This document shows, in pieces, positions 16,101 to 35,139 of a stretch of DNA of 64,000 nucleotides. The position numbers and the translations under genes are program-made. Positions within the stretch are counted from its first letter, which is position 1. The number at the start of each line of letters is the position of its first letter. Below the pieces are notes generated by a model. That model made no database searches. It was not told the DNA's origin and was given only the letters and a program-made list of their open reading frames with translations. The DNA lies in NCBI GenBank assembly GCA_003344405.1, contig NOWV01000172.1:62001-126000 (forward strand), given 5' to 3'. The stretch comes from Trichoplax sp. H2. Taxonomy: Eukaryota.

Positions 16101-19100
16101 GGTAATGGCAGTATTTTACACGGAAATTACTTAATGTGATAGCTCCTTTTTTACTTCTTAAATGATGCTAATTAATCCGAAATGAGCTACTTTATTCCTA
16201 TGGATTATATTTGTACTAATGCTAATAAATTATGATAGTACAATGGCATACCAATATCTCTAATGCGATGATCAGATTATGCTTTCAGCTCCCAAAGGAG
16301 TTATTTATTAAGATATTTTATACTTAATGTAATACAAATGAAATTATCACGAAATCAGTTATTGCTATTAGCTCATTTTCTAATCGTTCGATTAAGCTAT
16401 TAAATCCAAAAGTGAGATTTTTAGAATATTTTTGTTTAATGTCATACAAATTGTGATATTCATCTCGATATTTCGTGTTTAACCCGATGCAAGCAGATTG
16501 CTTAGAACTTACACATATTTAGCGTTAGAAATCCATGATCAGCTACAGAATTATGCTTTTAGATTCAAAAGTGAAGTATTTATCTCGCATTGGCACACTG
16601 TACAGTATTCAGAAACTACTTTATACTGGTAACCCATTATTCAACTGCCAAGATAACTTTTCGATCCAAAATGAGATGTTTTATGTCGACAATTATGCTT
16701 CGACTATCAAGACAATAATTGGCACTAATAATCTCTTTCTCAGCTACAGATTTATGGTGTCAGATATAAAATGGGACATTCTGCCTCATTATTTGCTGCT
16801 CATGCCCTTTACTAAAGGTTTACGATACCTTAAACTAGGGCAAATTATAATCACTCAATGCTAATCCTTCTCAATTTTCACGGTATAGGAACAATTTCAT
16901 GCTAATATTCTAATTCAATTCCAACAATTTTAATATTAAGCTCTTTAGCTTCCCTAAAATTTTATATATACCTATCCATTGTGGTTATGGGTTGTATGTA
17001 CAGATATCTTGTAATAATCTGTAAATCATGGATTACTTGGTAAGCAATAGAGCCTTCTACCTGAGCTCTTTGGTAAAGTATTTAAAGTATACAGAATCCC
17101 TACGTCAATTGAAGATCATTGCTTGCTATGGGAATCTTTATTTTACTGCTTCTATTTCTAGGTTAAATATCGTAAGAAGTTAATTTAGTTTTAACATCCT
17201 TTCAAACAGTTGCACATTAATGAATTATAAAGAGATGTATTAGATCCTCACTTTACACCCACAAGTTAATATTACCATCAAGAAGTAACAGACTTGTTTC
17301 TAAAATCAAGATCTTCTCTTATAGTTATACTGATACTACGCTAGACATCATTTTATTATCACAGCTCTAACCCTGGTTCTATGTTACATTTTTAAATCTA
17401 GCTGATCAGATAGTAAATTTTTCAGCTATTCCTTACGGAAGGGAAACTTGTACGAATCTTCGTAAAACGTGATATCCTTGAGTTCTTGCTATTTAGATAT
17501 CAAGAATATGATCTAATTAGTTATACTAGCCAGTATGAATATTTTAGCCTATTTTATCCATACCCTAAAATGTTGGCTACTACTCCTTAATTTTGGTCCT
17601 AAGGGCTATACTGTAGCAAGGTCTTACGCTCGGGACTATATGCTGCCATATCAGCATCTTACAGGCATTTCTCTGAACGGTCAGTTAGCTAGATTTTTAT
17701 TCAAAAAAGATTCCCGTTAGCATTTTAATGAATAATTCTTATGAAATCAAGAGTTTCATTGATTTCAAGGGGATGCTAATAGTAATATAATTGCCATCGT
17801 CTATGACTTGCATTGGTTTAGATAGTTGTAAATTGTATGTTTATGCTGAACATTTTAATCTCCATGTTATAGGCCGACGAAGGCTTTACCTGCTTCGACT
17901 GCTGCTCCTATCGATCAATCACAATCGGCTATTCCTAAATCGCAAATACGAGAGAAATTAAAAGCATCTCATCTTGTCAGTAAAAAGAAAGAAAATAAGC
18001 CTTTGGTATGTCAAAGACTGTGAATACTTAGAACTCTTGACAGCTTTAGCTTTAATATTACATGCGTACAGTATATCGAACGTTAATAAAAACAAAATCT
18101 ACATAGTAAATCAAGATAAAATGGTATACGTGTATGTAAGATAGTATCAATCAGAATAAAGATACTACGCATCTAGAGAATATAGCAAATTTAACCAAAC
18201 TTCTAGTAATAATTAATTTAAGTTAGAATTCACTAAAAGTATGATCTAATAAATAAGCTAAAGTGGTTATTTTTCTCTATGAAGTACAGAATATATTATC
18301 AAATTTACCGATTCATTTAGTATTCTATGTCGAAAAAATCATACTACATTCACCAATTGCCAAAGATTATGAAAAGCAATAATTTAATTAAGAGTTTTGA
18401 ATTTGCGATTAAGATATACGGTATGCTCAGATTGCACTAAATACATAATTGATAATGTAATACAAACTCAGCCAAGATCATAGCATTCATTAAGCTAAAT
18501 AATAGTTTCTCTATTCTTGATCGTATAAGAGAACTATCATAATTAATCAAAACTAATCATTGTTAACTCGATGCAAGCATGCAAATTCGCATCGAATATA
18601 AATCGGTGCTTGGAAGTCAGCACTAAATCAAATTACCGAGTAATAAATATTTATCCTTCTTTTTACTACGGCATTTTACTCAATAACTAGGTTGCCAAAC
18701 ATCATTACACCAATAGTAATACAAATCAGGGTAGCCAACATCAAGAAGGACCTCTGAAAAAGTTACCACAACGTAAAAATTCCAATGGTAAACCAGCATC
18801 ACCAGGAGCAGATGGGACAGCAAATGCGCCTTCTCGAAGCTCGCAAACAAATTCAAATACCAATCCGCCTGCCAATGGACGATCCTCACGATCAAGTTCG
18901 CCAGCGCGACGAAGAGCAGCATCACCAGCGGATACCGCTAGAAACGAATTATTAGCCTCTGCTAAGCAGCGCGTTGATAAAGTTCTACGAGCTAGATTAT
19001 ATTTACTACGTCGAGTTGGTCAGCGAGTATTTATAGTAACCAGTGATTCACCGAATCACAAATATCGTGTAACTATTGGAGCTCAGGTAGCAAAATTGAT

Positions 19101-22100
19101 CCTCTTGAAAATTTTCCATGACTCTAGAATATTAATTTCTATTGGAATAATATTTCTTATTTATCAATATTAGACATGTAGCTGTGGAAAAGGGCAATTT
19201 TGTATTCATCTACTCTTTATTATGTTGCGAGTTTTCGCCTTGGATCCTTCAGAACCAATTATTTGGAGGAGATCATTGTTAAACTATGAGGTAAGTCTCG
19301 ACAAGTAGTCTTTATGAAATATAACATGACGCTCAGAAATCCAATTTGTCTATCACAATTAGTCGACGTAATAAGAATTAAATTAACTACTTCATTAGCG
19401 TCATATAAATAGCTCGATAAGCCATCTTACCTTAACGCTACTGTGTATTAAGCTATAAATCTGCATAGTAGTTTATGATGCTTAGAAATTGAACACTCCT
19501 CATCAATGCATATTTTAAATCCGTTTTTAAAAGAGTTGATAAATTATAATTATATGAGTATACTAGAGCGAGTACTCTTAACTACGGTACTTTTCTTTGG
19601 CAATTGGAAGCCTTTTATTAGAGAATATGCAATTAATTAAAGCTAAAAATATTTCACACTAATAGGTTGAAGGATTAATCGAGCGATTTGAGAACAGATG
19701 CAAATCAAGATCATCTCGAAATGACAATACCGATACTTCTACTAAGCAAGAAAATCAACGAAATGAACAAGCATCAAGTCCCACCATGCCATTTAAAGAA
19801 GCTCCAGGAGATGCCGACACTAAAGATGATGAAATTTGCTCTATTTGTTTACTGCCAATGATTGATGGTGAAAGTATGGTGGATTGCCCTCATTGCAAGA
19901 ATTGGCTCCATCATCACTGCATGTCTATATGTAAGAAATACAAGCTAGATGTACTAAAACATATGCAATTTCCTAACATAAGCTGGTCATAATAACAACC
20001 GCGTAGGAAACTAATGCGCTAATTCTAAAGAAAATAGGTTCTAGTTTCGCTAATATTACTTAGAGCGATCATTCTTGTTTATTTACCTTGATGCTCCTAA
20101 CTAATTCTATATTCTTAAACTAGTAATTTCCTTTAAGGTTAATTCAATAATAATTATCAAAGATACATAATTAGTAAACAAAAATTTATCTGTCCTAGGG
20201 GCTGGAGAATGCAAAAGGCAGAATGATCACTTAATATGCCCGCTATGCCGATTACCCTGGATAAATCAATCAGGCAAAGACCTAAAACAATCCACGTTAC
20301 TGAATGATGAAAATAATGACAGTGGAATCCAAGATATGGCCTACGTCAAGTCTCAAACGATCGAATCATTGACAGGTACAGAGAATTCATCCGCTGCTAA
20401 TCATTATGCCCATCAGAATAATCAAAATGAGAATCGTACCCTACCAGAAGATGATCAAATACATGAAGCTGATGATACGTCGTCGGAAGGTTTCGATACT
20501 CACAGAGTTATTAGTGATGCAGCTGATCAATTACAAGAAATGTCGTTATCATCGACAAGAGTCTTTAGAGATCATCCTAAAAATAAGAAAGAAGTCGAAG
20601 AAGAAGATGCTTTAGCGCTAACTATGGCTCTGAGCTATTCCGAAATCAAAAAGGATGTCGTTCCACCCATTAATGAATTACAAGCGGCAACTAATTTGAT
20701 TTTAAAGGGTAATTGTAAGGTAAGCATTAAAGGAGGAGCAAAAACATATATTATCCAATAATTTTTATATCGCTGCAGCTTGTATCTGCCTAGTTTTCTA
20801 TGGATTATTCGTTACTCAAGATTATCATATTGCTATAAATTTACCAAAATCCATATTGTTTTCAATCCAATACATGTATACTTAGACTAACAAATACTCA
20901 ATCGATATGATATCAATTTTGTTTATTTAATAAGATGTAATATTTATTTAAAAGTTGATACTGTAAATTAACAATTCTGCTAGTATAGTTAATTATAAAT
21001 AAATACAACGATAACTGTACAAAATTTTCTCGACTCTAACTATTTGGATATCTATAAATTTTGTATCAGAGTGAGAATCCGTTCAAAGATATTGACAGCA
21101 CTTACCTCGAAAATTCTCAATGGCAGAAAGGCAAGCTGTTAGGCACAGGAGCTTATTCAACATGCTATGCTGCTCGAGATATCAAGAGTGGAACATTAAT
21201 GGCTGTTAAACAAGTGAGTTTAACGCATAGAAAATAATTTCATAATAAATGTTAAAGAGCATTAATTGGTATTTATGCTTATGATTTAATTGCAAAATAC
21301 GTAATCGACAGGTTGCATATTGTCGAAACTCCGCTGAAGAACAGCAGCAAGTTTATGAAAGTTTAATTAAAGAAATTTCCTTGCTCAATCGTCTAAATCA
21401 TCCTAACATTGTTCGCTGTTATGGTGCAACTGTGCAAGATTCACATTTTAATATCTTTGCTGAATGGTTGGCAGGTAAGCTCAAATTAGCTAAGCAGCTT
21501 TTGCTATCATGGATATATTTACGTATAGAATAAATCAATAACATGATTCTGATGTAAATAGAACTTTCAATAAACATGTCGAATTATACTTTATCTAGCA
21601 ATACTTTTAATATGCCGATGCTAAATCATATTAAATCCTTAGGTGGTAGCATTGCTTCTATGTTACACAACTATGGGCCATTTCAAGAGAATATTAGCAA
21701 CGCTTATTGCTTACAGATATTACGAGGTTTAGTTTACCTCCATGATAGAAGGATTGTGCATCGTGATGTTAAAGGTATGTTAACTGACTTAGGTGTAATC
21801 AACTAAATATCTATTAAGTCAGTAATCCTGCATAAGTACCCTGATTCTCATTTATCGATAAATTCAAAATCCGTACATCGAAGACATATACGTTAGATTT
21901 AATATATATAAATAAGTAGAGAAATATCGTACACATTTGTATTAATCATAATTGCGCTAATTGCAGGTGATAATATCCTTGTCGATGCGACCGGTCGTAT
22001 AGTTAAATTGGCTGATTTTGGCTCTGCTATACAATTAACTGCAACAAAATTAACTGGTGCAGGTTTATTACAGGGCCAAATGGTTGGAACCGTAGCTTTT

Positions 22101-22727
22101 ATGGCCCCTGAGGTATAATATACGAGTATTTTACGTCACCTACAGTATAATCCTGTACTGACTGATTCCAATCGTAAATTTTTAAATTTCTCTTTTTCAT
22201 TACTCATTAAATTTTAAAACATTTAATAAGGTCCTACGTGGTGAAAATTATGGAAGATCTAGCGACGTTTGGAGTCTTGGTTGTGTTATGATCCAAATGT
22301 TAACCGGAAAGTTACCTTGGGGAGCAGATAATATTTCTAATCACTTCGCACTTATCTATAAAGTATGTTTGCTTGTATAAATCTCAAATTAAATCATTGA
22401 GTCAAAATATGCGATTATAGTACATCGAAAGTAGCCAACCTACAAATTTCTCGTCATATTAAATTATTAAAAAGATGTTGATCATTAATAATATGATTTC
22501 AATACAGATTCTGCTAATCACCAACTAATCATCGTCTTGCTTGCATTTTGACCTTTTAGATTGCTACTGCCACTGAAACTCCATCAGTCCCTGAGCATTT
22601 GAGACAAGATACGCGTGATTTTTTGCTGAGATGTCTAGAAAGTAATCGTGAATTTAGACCTAAAGCAAAAGAATTGTTAATTCATCCACTCTTTCGAGAT
22701 GCAATTCAACCACCATCACTGAAGTAA
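13188..22727 (+). CDS. MAP3K1: MAP kinase kinase kinase 1 (MEKK1): SWIM, RING/PHD, UIM-like and kinase domains; about 816 aa, 12 exons
   Basis: GT-AG exons 13188-13321, 17873-18005 (IREKLKA), 18691-19086 ([13 protein letters not shown]...KYRVTIGAQ), 19174-19290 ([19 protein letters not shown]), 19666-19930 and 20199-20719 (RING CSICL...HHHCMSIW...[18 protein letters not shown]), 21070-21213 (GTGAYS, AVK), 21312-21474, 21643-21774 (HRDVKG), 21967-22112 (DFG, APE), 22231-22362, 22560-22727. Phases are consistent. The first exon is the least certain. Confidence 0.93.
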
Positions 22728-25700
22728 TATTCAGCATAATTCATCTAACATCCTACGTGATATCGAAGATACCTATATTTACTGAGATATTGAGCAAGTA
22801 ATCGTGAATTTTTATCTAAAGTAAAAAAGTTTAGCGAATTCATTCTTAAAATAAACAATGAATTGTTTTATAAAATTGGTTGCAGTAAACTGGGAATCAT
22901 GTATGATCCCAGTAATACTTTCATTTTAGCTTTGGATCCAATTCTAATAATTAAGAGTATCATGGTATCATAGTAATCACTATCGCCTTAGAGGTAGTGA
23001 AAACAATACAGGCAAGCCTAAATAACATTAAAACTACCATCATATATTCCTGCCTTTCAAAAAATGCAGTTCCTTGAGTGGTTGCTTCATTCTCCCTGAT
23101 GACAAAACTTTGTAGCATCTAGCTGTTTTTTATTTTATCTTGGACTTATTGGCGCAACCCACGAAGTACAACTGGCTGTAAATTATTTAAAAGATACTTG
23201 GATTTATTTAACCTCAAGTCATCTCTGTATATTTAAAAAATCTATGAACAATCAATCTTTCCTCCTTTATAATCGAACTTAGTCATTAACGATCACGATG
23301 TTGATATGGCGGCCACACTAAAATTGCCAACCGCATGGCTAGTACCAGTTGGACAACTATCCATGAGGGTAATGTAAAATAGAATTGTGCTTATTGCATA
23401 TAATAATCCTCATCAATCCAAGCAGCTGCTTTCTTATTCTTCCATATTTGATTATCGGAAGAAACATCTTGAATAACTATCAAGGCAATGACATTACAGT
23501 GTTATGCTTTGATTAAGTTTAATATTTCGTGAATTACCATTGTTTGAGCGAAGCTTTATTTCTAGTCACTTTCATTAATAATAATATACATATTATATAT
23601 GATACGAATCTATTCGTATTTCATTCGAGTTGAAATTTTTCTACTTAGGTTAGCTGCAATCTGCAAAATCAGATATTCTTAGACAAAAACATAATTTTAT
23701 ACTATTTATATGACTTTGAAACGTGTTGCTTTACATGTATAAAGAATTTTAGATATAACGAGATAACGTTATGATGATATATGATATTCTTGCCGATATT
23801 TATAGGCGATATAAAACTATAGAATAGCATTTTTCTTTAAATTGAACCTTTGTATCCTTACTGAGCTTTCAGTTTTACGTAGGTCTTTATGAACTATAGA
23901 TGTGATTTTATAAAAGCGAATTTATGAACCTCATATAGCTGTATCTGTGATCCTTCTTATGCAAGATTTTAGTCTTCGTAACTAAAAATGCCGCAAATCC
24001 CTTTGATCATTTTTGGCTGTTTTATATTTATTTAGAAACTATCTGATATAAAGTACGTACTAATGTACAAAGGCAGATAAGCCTCATCCAGTTGATATTC
24101 ATGTACAATTCTGATATATAATATTATAATATTGTAGCTCAAGAGTAGTAAAACGCGTATAACATCAGTTTATGCTTTCAATAGATCTACTTTCTTCTGC
24201 ATGGATATTAAATGACGCTTAATGATAATTCTATCAAATTTCTGATATTTAAACATAAAATTGAATATATCATACCATAACACTACTCGTAATAATATAT
24301 TCAAAAATACAAAAGATCCCTTGCAGATACTGCTCAACTATTTAAAATTGTTATTATATTAAAGTTACTATCTTATATAGGAACAAAAATTAAATAAAAT
24401 AACTTTAAAATTGATTTTCATTGGGCGATTCAATAAGTAACGAAATCTTTAGGTAAAATTATACCGAACGATATAAATTTGATTCGTCTAATACTTAAAT
24501 ATTACATCTTTTTCCTACATCTGCGGCAACGGTAATAATATAAAAGATTGATACTTGATAGTAGTAATACAACGTATATACGGCACACTCGTAGTAGGCA
24601 GTAGCAATTTCATTAAGCTAATGCCTTAAGCCTATATATTCACACAGTTAATTCCATTTTATAACCATTTCTATTCAATTGTTTTAACTCATCGCTAACA
24701 ATATGCGATTGTATGACAATATCAAGAGGAATTTATAAATTAATTTTAAACTCTTATATGCTGCCTGCTTTCTTAATTTGTGCTTAAATAAGCTGATAAC
24801 ATACTAACTATAGCATTTGCTATGCATAATGGTATAGAGAAATAGATACTTTGATACTGTCAAAATAGCGATCTAGTATTATTCGTGCTCGTTAGGCTGG
24901 CTATTGCAAATAATTCAGGTAAAACTAGCCGACGCTTCTCGGTAACTGGACTAAATTTAGCTTAGATGGTTTTCATAAATTACATCAGAACCTCTACCAT
25001 AATTGACTGATCAGTATCAATGGTAGGTAAATACCAATATGTCACGTTCTGACTGTTGGAGGGAACTAGATATGTAAGAAAATATTTATCGTTAAGTGTG
25101 TAGACAGTAATTGTTATACCGGCAAAAAACTGCATCCTGATATTGTCCTATTCATCTAAATTGTAACAATTCATAAATACATTGACATTTTTTGAAATGC
25201 ATATTGGGCCTTACTATCCTGTAGAGAACGAATATTGGCCAACTTTAATCAATTTCGCAATTGTGTAGTAGTAGACAACATACGAAAGCATGAGAATGGA
25301 AAAAATAACGCACTGAGGTAATTAAATGTCTTTAATCATGTGCAACGTTCGTACATAACCTTTAATCAATTGAATAATAAATATTATTTTGGTCACCAAC
25401 ATTTAATCACTGTAATATTCTATAAGTCTGTTTCAACAGCATTATCAAACTTCTACATTTTCTAGCAATTGAAGCTGATGTGAGAAGATTCAGCAACTTA
25501 TAGCTAAGTTAATTACGGAACAATATTCGTTAGCTATCCGGTTGATTTGATTATCTTCATCTACCATACCAATAAATTAATACAGTTGACTGGGATGTGC
25601 AGTTCATAATATATCTTGAATAAAAACTTTTTTAATATAGTGTTAAACATTAGTTACTTTTAGAAATCGTACGATTAGTAATTATGAATTTTGAAAAGAA

Positions 25701-26017
25701 TGCAGTTATCAGTAAAATTAAATAAATTTCGACTGACAGTTATTTATAACATATTTTATACACAATACGAGTGGAATTAAAAATTATTATATATCGAAAA
25801 GTGTGGTCTTTTACAGTTACAACTTAAAACTTAAAATAATCAATATAGTCTTACTACTGTAATCGATTCCAGACATTTTTCAATATGTAATAAATTCTTA
25901 CTAAGGTGTTGTAAATTTTTAGCCTCAGTCATAGATATCTCGTCTATGTACAGAAAATTTGTTGAAATAACATTCAAATTAATTCTGAAATTGTTGATAC
26001 AGTAATTTGTTAATACT

Positions 26018-31711
<5,694 letters not shown>

Positions 31712-32433
31712 GGTCAATAAAGTTCTTGTAGCTCTTTATCGTCTGGATTCACTATCCATTAGCAATTCATCTTTACTCCTTAATGCCCCACCATTCATGA
31801 ATGATCGCTGATTCGTTTTAATCCGCTACAAATGCAACCATCGGTTCGATTTTTGGCCCCACTCTTCCACTGAAAGTTCTGAAACTAGAAGATTTCAACT
31901 GTGGCGTTTGCTCCTGCGTCTAACTTCCATATCTTGACCATACAAACTACTTCTTTATATGGTCAATCATGGGCGAGTTGGGTGCTGTCTTGATCCCCCC
32001 CCCTCGAATCAATGACCATATAAGGGCATACTAAAACGGGCGAAGACAAGAGGTTGGCATGTACTGACGTCCAGACAGACTGACCCTGGGCACTAGAGAC
32101 CCTTCACCTTTTAATTAAACATGGTACAGGCATGACCACCAGAAATACTTGGACTGGAGTAGAACTCTCCTCGGATGGACGGACTTTCTTACCAGATGCG
32201 GCCGAAAATGTTGAAAATAGCTACTCAGTATCAATCTTCCGTGTCTGTTTTTCTAAATCACTCTTATTCATTTCAATACCATTTAGAATCTAAATTCACT
32301 ACTTCCAAGTAGAACTTAGCAACAGGTAATGGAATACAATATAATATAACTCTATTTAGAAACAATCAATCAATTCAGAATCGACTGTCTGCATACTTTT
32401 GGACAGTAATGTCATAATGAAGTATTTGAGAAA

Positions 32434-33168
32434 GAGACAATTTCTTGACCAAAGTTGGCCAAATGTCTGTCTGTCCCAAGGTATTCTTGACTGTAGACTT
32501 TTCCAGTAGTACTGTACAGTACAGTACAGTATTCCATGGTAGTGGACTGTACTGTAGACTTTTACAGTAGTATTCCATGGTAGTGTACTGTACAAGCGTG
32601 ATTATTTTCTCCTCAGATTACGAAAAATGAAAGTAAACGCTTAAGAATTGATCAAATCTATTTAAAATTTATATCAATCGATACTTCCTCTCTTCACACG
32701 TATAAAATTTTATTGATTTTGATGAAGAAATAACTCAAAAAATATTCGTCGATTTATCTGAAAAGAAAATAATCACGATTGTACACTGTACACTAGTGTA
32801 CAGTACTGAGACAATTGATTAACCAAAGTTGGCCAAATGTCTGTCCGTCCCAAGGTATTCGTTTACTACAGACTTTTATTACCTGTAATTCCATGGTAGT
32901 CACAGTACTGTACAGTACAGTACTGAGACAATTTAATGACCAAAGTTGGCCAAATGTCTGTCCGTCCCAAGGTATTCTTGACAGTACTGTACAGTGTACA
33001 GTACTGTAGACTTTTACAGTAGTGTACAGTACAGTACAGTACTGTACTGTACAGTACTGTACAGTATTCCATGGTAGTGTACTGTACAGTACTGTACTGT
33101 ACTGACTACTGAGACAATTGATTAACCAAAGTTGGCCAAATGTCTGTCCGTCCCAAGGTATTCTTGAC
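32434..33168. repeat. Four-copy ~55-bp direct repeat embedded in CAGTA/TACTG low-complexity DNA
   Basis: gagacaatt...accaaagttggccaaatgtctgtc(c/t)gtcccaaggtattc starts at 32434, 32808, 32925 and 33111. Each copy is followed by gactttt/ggctttt and ttccatgg modules. Confidence 0.95.
32593..32781. mobile_element. Non-autonomous MITE, Tc1/mariner type (189 bp)
   Basis: Left end caagcgtgattattttctcctcagat versus reverse complement of the right end caatcgtgattattttcttttcagat (3 mismatches in 26 nt). Flanked by TA at 32591-92 and 32782-83. AT-rich non-coding interior. Confidence 0.7.
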
Positions 33169-33413
33169 TGTACTGTAGGCTTTTAGTATTCCATGGGAGT
33201 GTACGGTGTACAGTACACTACTGTACAATGGTTTCCTCCACATGATTATACTGTACGGTACTGTACCGTGCTGTACTCCATACAATCCGTACACAGACGT
33301 TGCAGGCAGTTTGGCATCAGCATTTACTTTACTTTTGCCATTGCATTTCCTTCGCATTTCTTCCATTGCGCTTCTACAGTTAAAGAACTCGCCAAAAATT
33401 CAACGATAGTAAA

Positions 33414-35139
33414 ATGGCACATTACAAAGGTGCAGCTAGCGAAGGTGCCAGAGCTGCTGCTCTCCTCAAGAAACGTGAGCAAGGCCGAGAAAATTTAGAG
33501 TTTATGAAGAAGAAGATCACTGAGGTAATATTCACCAAAATTGGAAATGCAAACTGTCTCAGGTTCAATCCATAATATAATAATCTAACTAAAATCAAGT
33601 TTCGAAAAGATTGTCATTCAATTGAAACGTTCATGTGAAATCTTTCATCGAGTTTCCTCGAATTTAACCACTTAGTTTTTTATGTTATGCTACGCTTTTT
33701 AAGTAATCGCTAAATTGTATTCTATCTTTGGTCGATAAAAATCACAAACGTCAATTGAAGGATTAAACTGCTGCACCAGCGAGCTGTGCTCATGATTATA
33801 CCATCTACTATACACTAAAGCAAATCATTCTTGTCAACTCAAATTAAATCACTGTATCCTTTACAGGAAAAGAGTGCTACGCGTATTGCCACTATTCAAA
33901 GTAGATTTTCAACCCAGTTTGATTTCGTGGAAAGAGAACTACGAGACAATACCATTGGTTTAGTGACCTTAGAGCAAATGAAGCAAAAACGTGAACATAT
34001 ACTCCAAGAAAGAGAGCGACAAATAGCAACACAAACTGCTGCACGAGCTGTGCTTGACAAGCGTAAAGAAAGAGATAATAAACGAAAGAAAACAACCATT
34101 TCATTTGATCTAGACGAAGAAGAAGATGACGAGGACGATCATGATTCACCTTCCAAACCAACTGTTGAAACTGTGACTTTCAAGAAACCCAAATTTGGAA
34201 AAGATCCGGATGTGGAAACTTCATTCCTACCGGATCGTGATAGAGAGGTAAAGACGCGTACTTTCTATTATACTGAAGTATAATTAAACCTGTCCATCTT
34301 TTATCTCTCTTGGTCGTTATTCAATCTATTGGATAAATTACTAGTCTTGTAGCCTGTTGCCTGGCTGACGTATTACGCCCTACAACATGTTAACCTAACA
34401 TTTTTTTAAACTATTTTGCGAATTTTATTTGCTGTCAAAATATTATTATAGGAGGAAGAACGACGAGAAAGGGATAGATTAAGGTTAGAGTGGGTGGAAA
34501 AACAAGAGACTATCAAGAGGGAAATTATTGAAATCACGTATAGTTACTGGGATGGCTCAGGACATAGGAGAACGATTCAGGTTAATAAGGGAAATACTAT
34601 ACAGCACTTCTTACAAAAGTGCCTAGAAAACCTAAGAAAGGAATTTAATGAACTGAAAACCACCACGGTCGACAATCTAATGTATATTAAAGAAGATCTG
34701 ATAATACCTCATGTAAGTTACACGAAACTCGTAAGATCACCACTCACGCAATACAGTACATTCGATTTTGATTTAAGTACTGTACTAGCGGTATAACCGC
34801 TAATTCATCCGAATCTCCTGTAACCAAAACAGCAATACACGATAATGCAATGATAGAAGTAATTGACTCTTCTGTTTTTTATAGCACATGTCGTTCTATG
34901 ACTTTATTGTACGCAAAATACGTGGAAAGAGTGGTCCGCTCTTTACTTTCGATGTCCACGAAGATGTTCGATTAATTAATGATGCATCTGTAGAAAAAGA
35001 CGAATCGCATGCGGGTAAGGTCGTTTTGAGGCATTGGTACGAAAGAAATAAACACATTTTCCCCGCTAGCCGTTGGGAACCGTACGATCCTGAAAAGAGT
35101 TATGACCGTTATACAATTTCTGACAAGAAAAGTAACTAA
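33414..35139 (+). CDS. FAM50: FAM50/XAP5 spliceosome-associated nuclear protein
   Basis: [14 protein letters not shown] start; [70 protein letters not shown]. Four GT-AG exons. Confidence 0.96.

Noticed and set aside
5034-16864. Scattered 60-110 aa ORFs in the intergenic region and MAP3K1 intron 1
   Set aside because: Composition typical of random AT-rich DNA, with no motifs or consistent splice structure.
32434-33168. CRISPR-like repeat-spacer appearance
   Set aside because: Spacers are long, variable and similar to each other (CAGTA-rich), the context is eukaryotic, and there are no cas genes.
32356-33498. Cluster of short Y/C/T/V/S-rich ORFs
   Set aside because: Translations of CAGTA low-complexity repeats with no coding signature.
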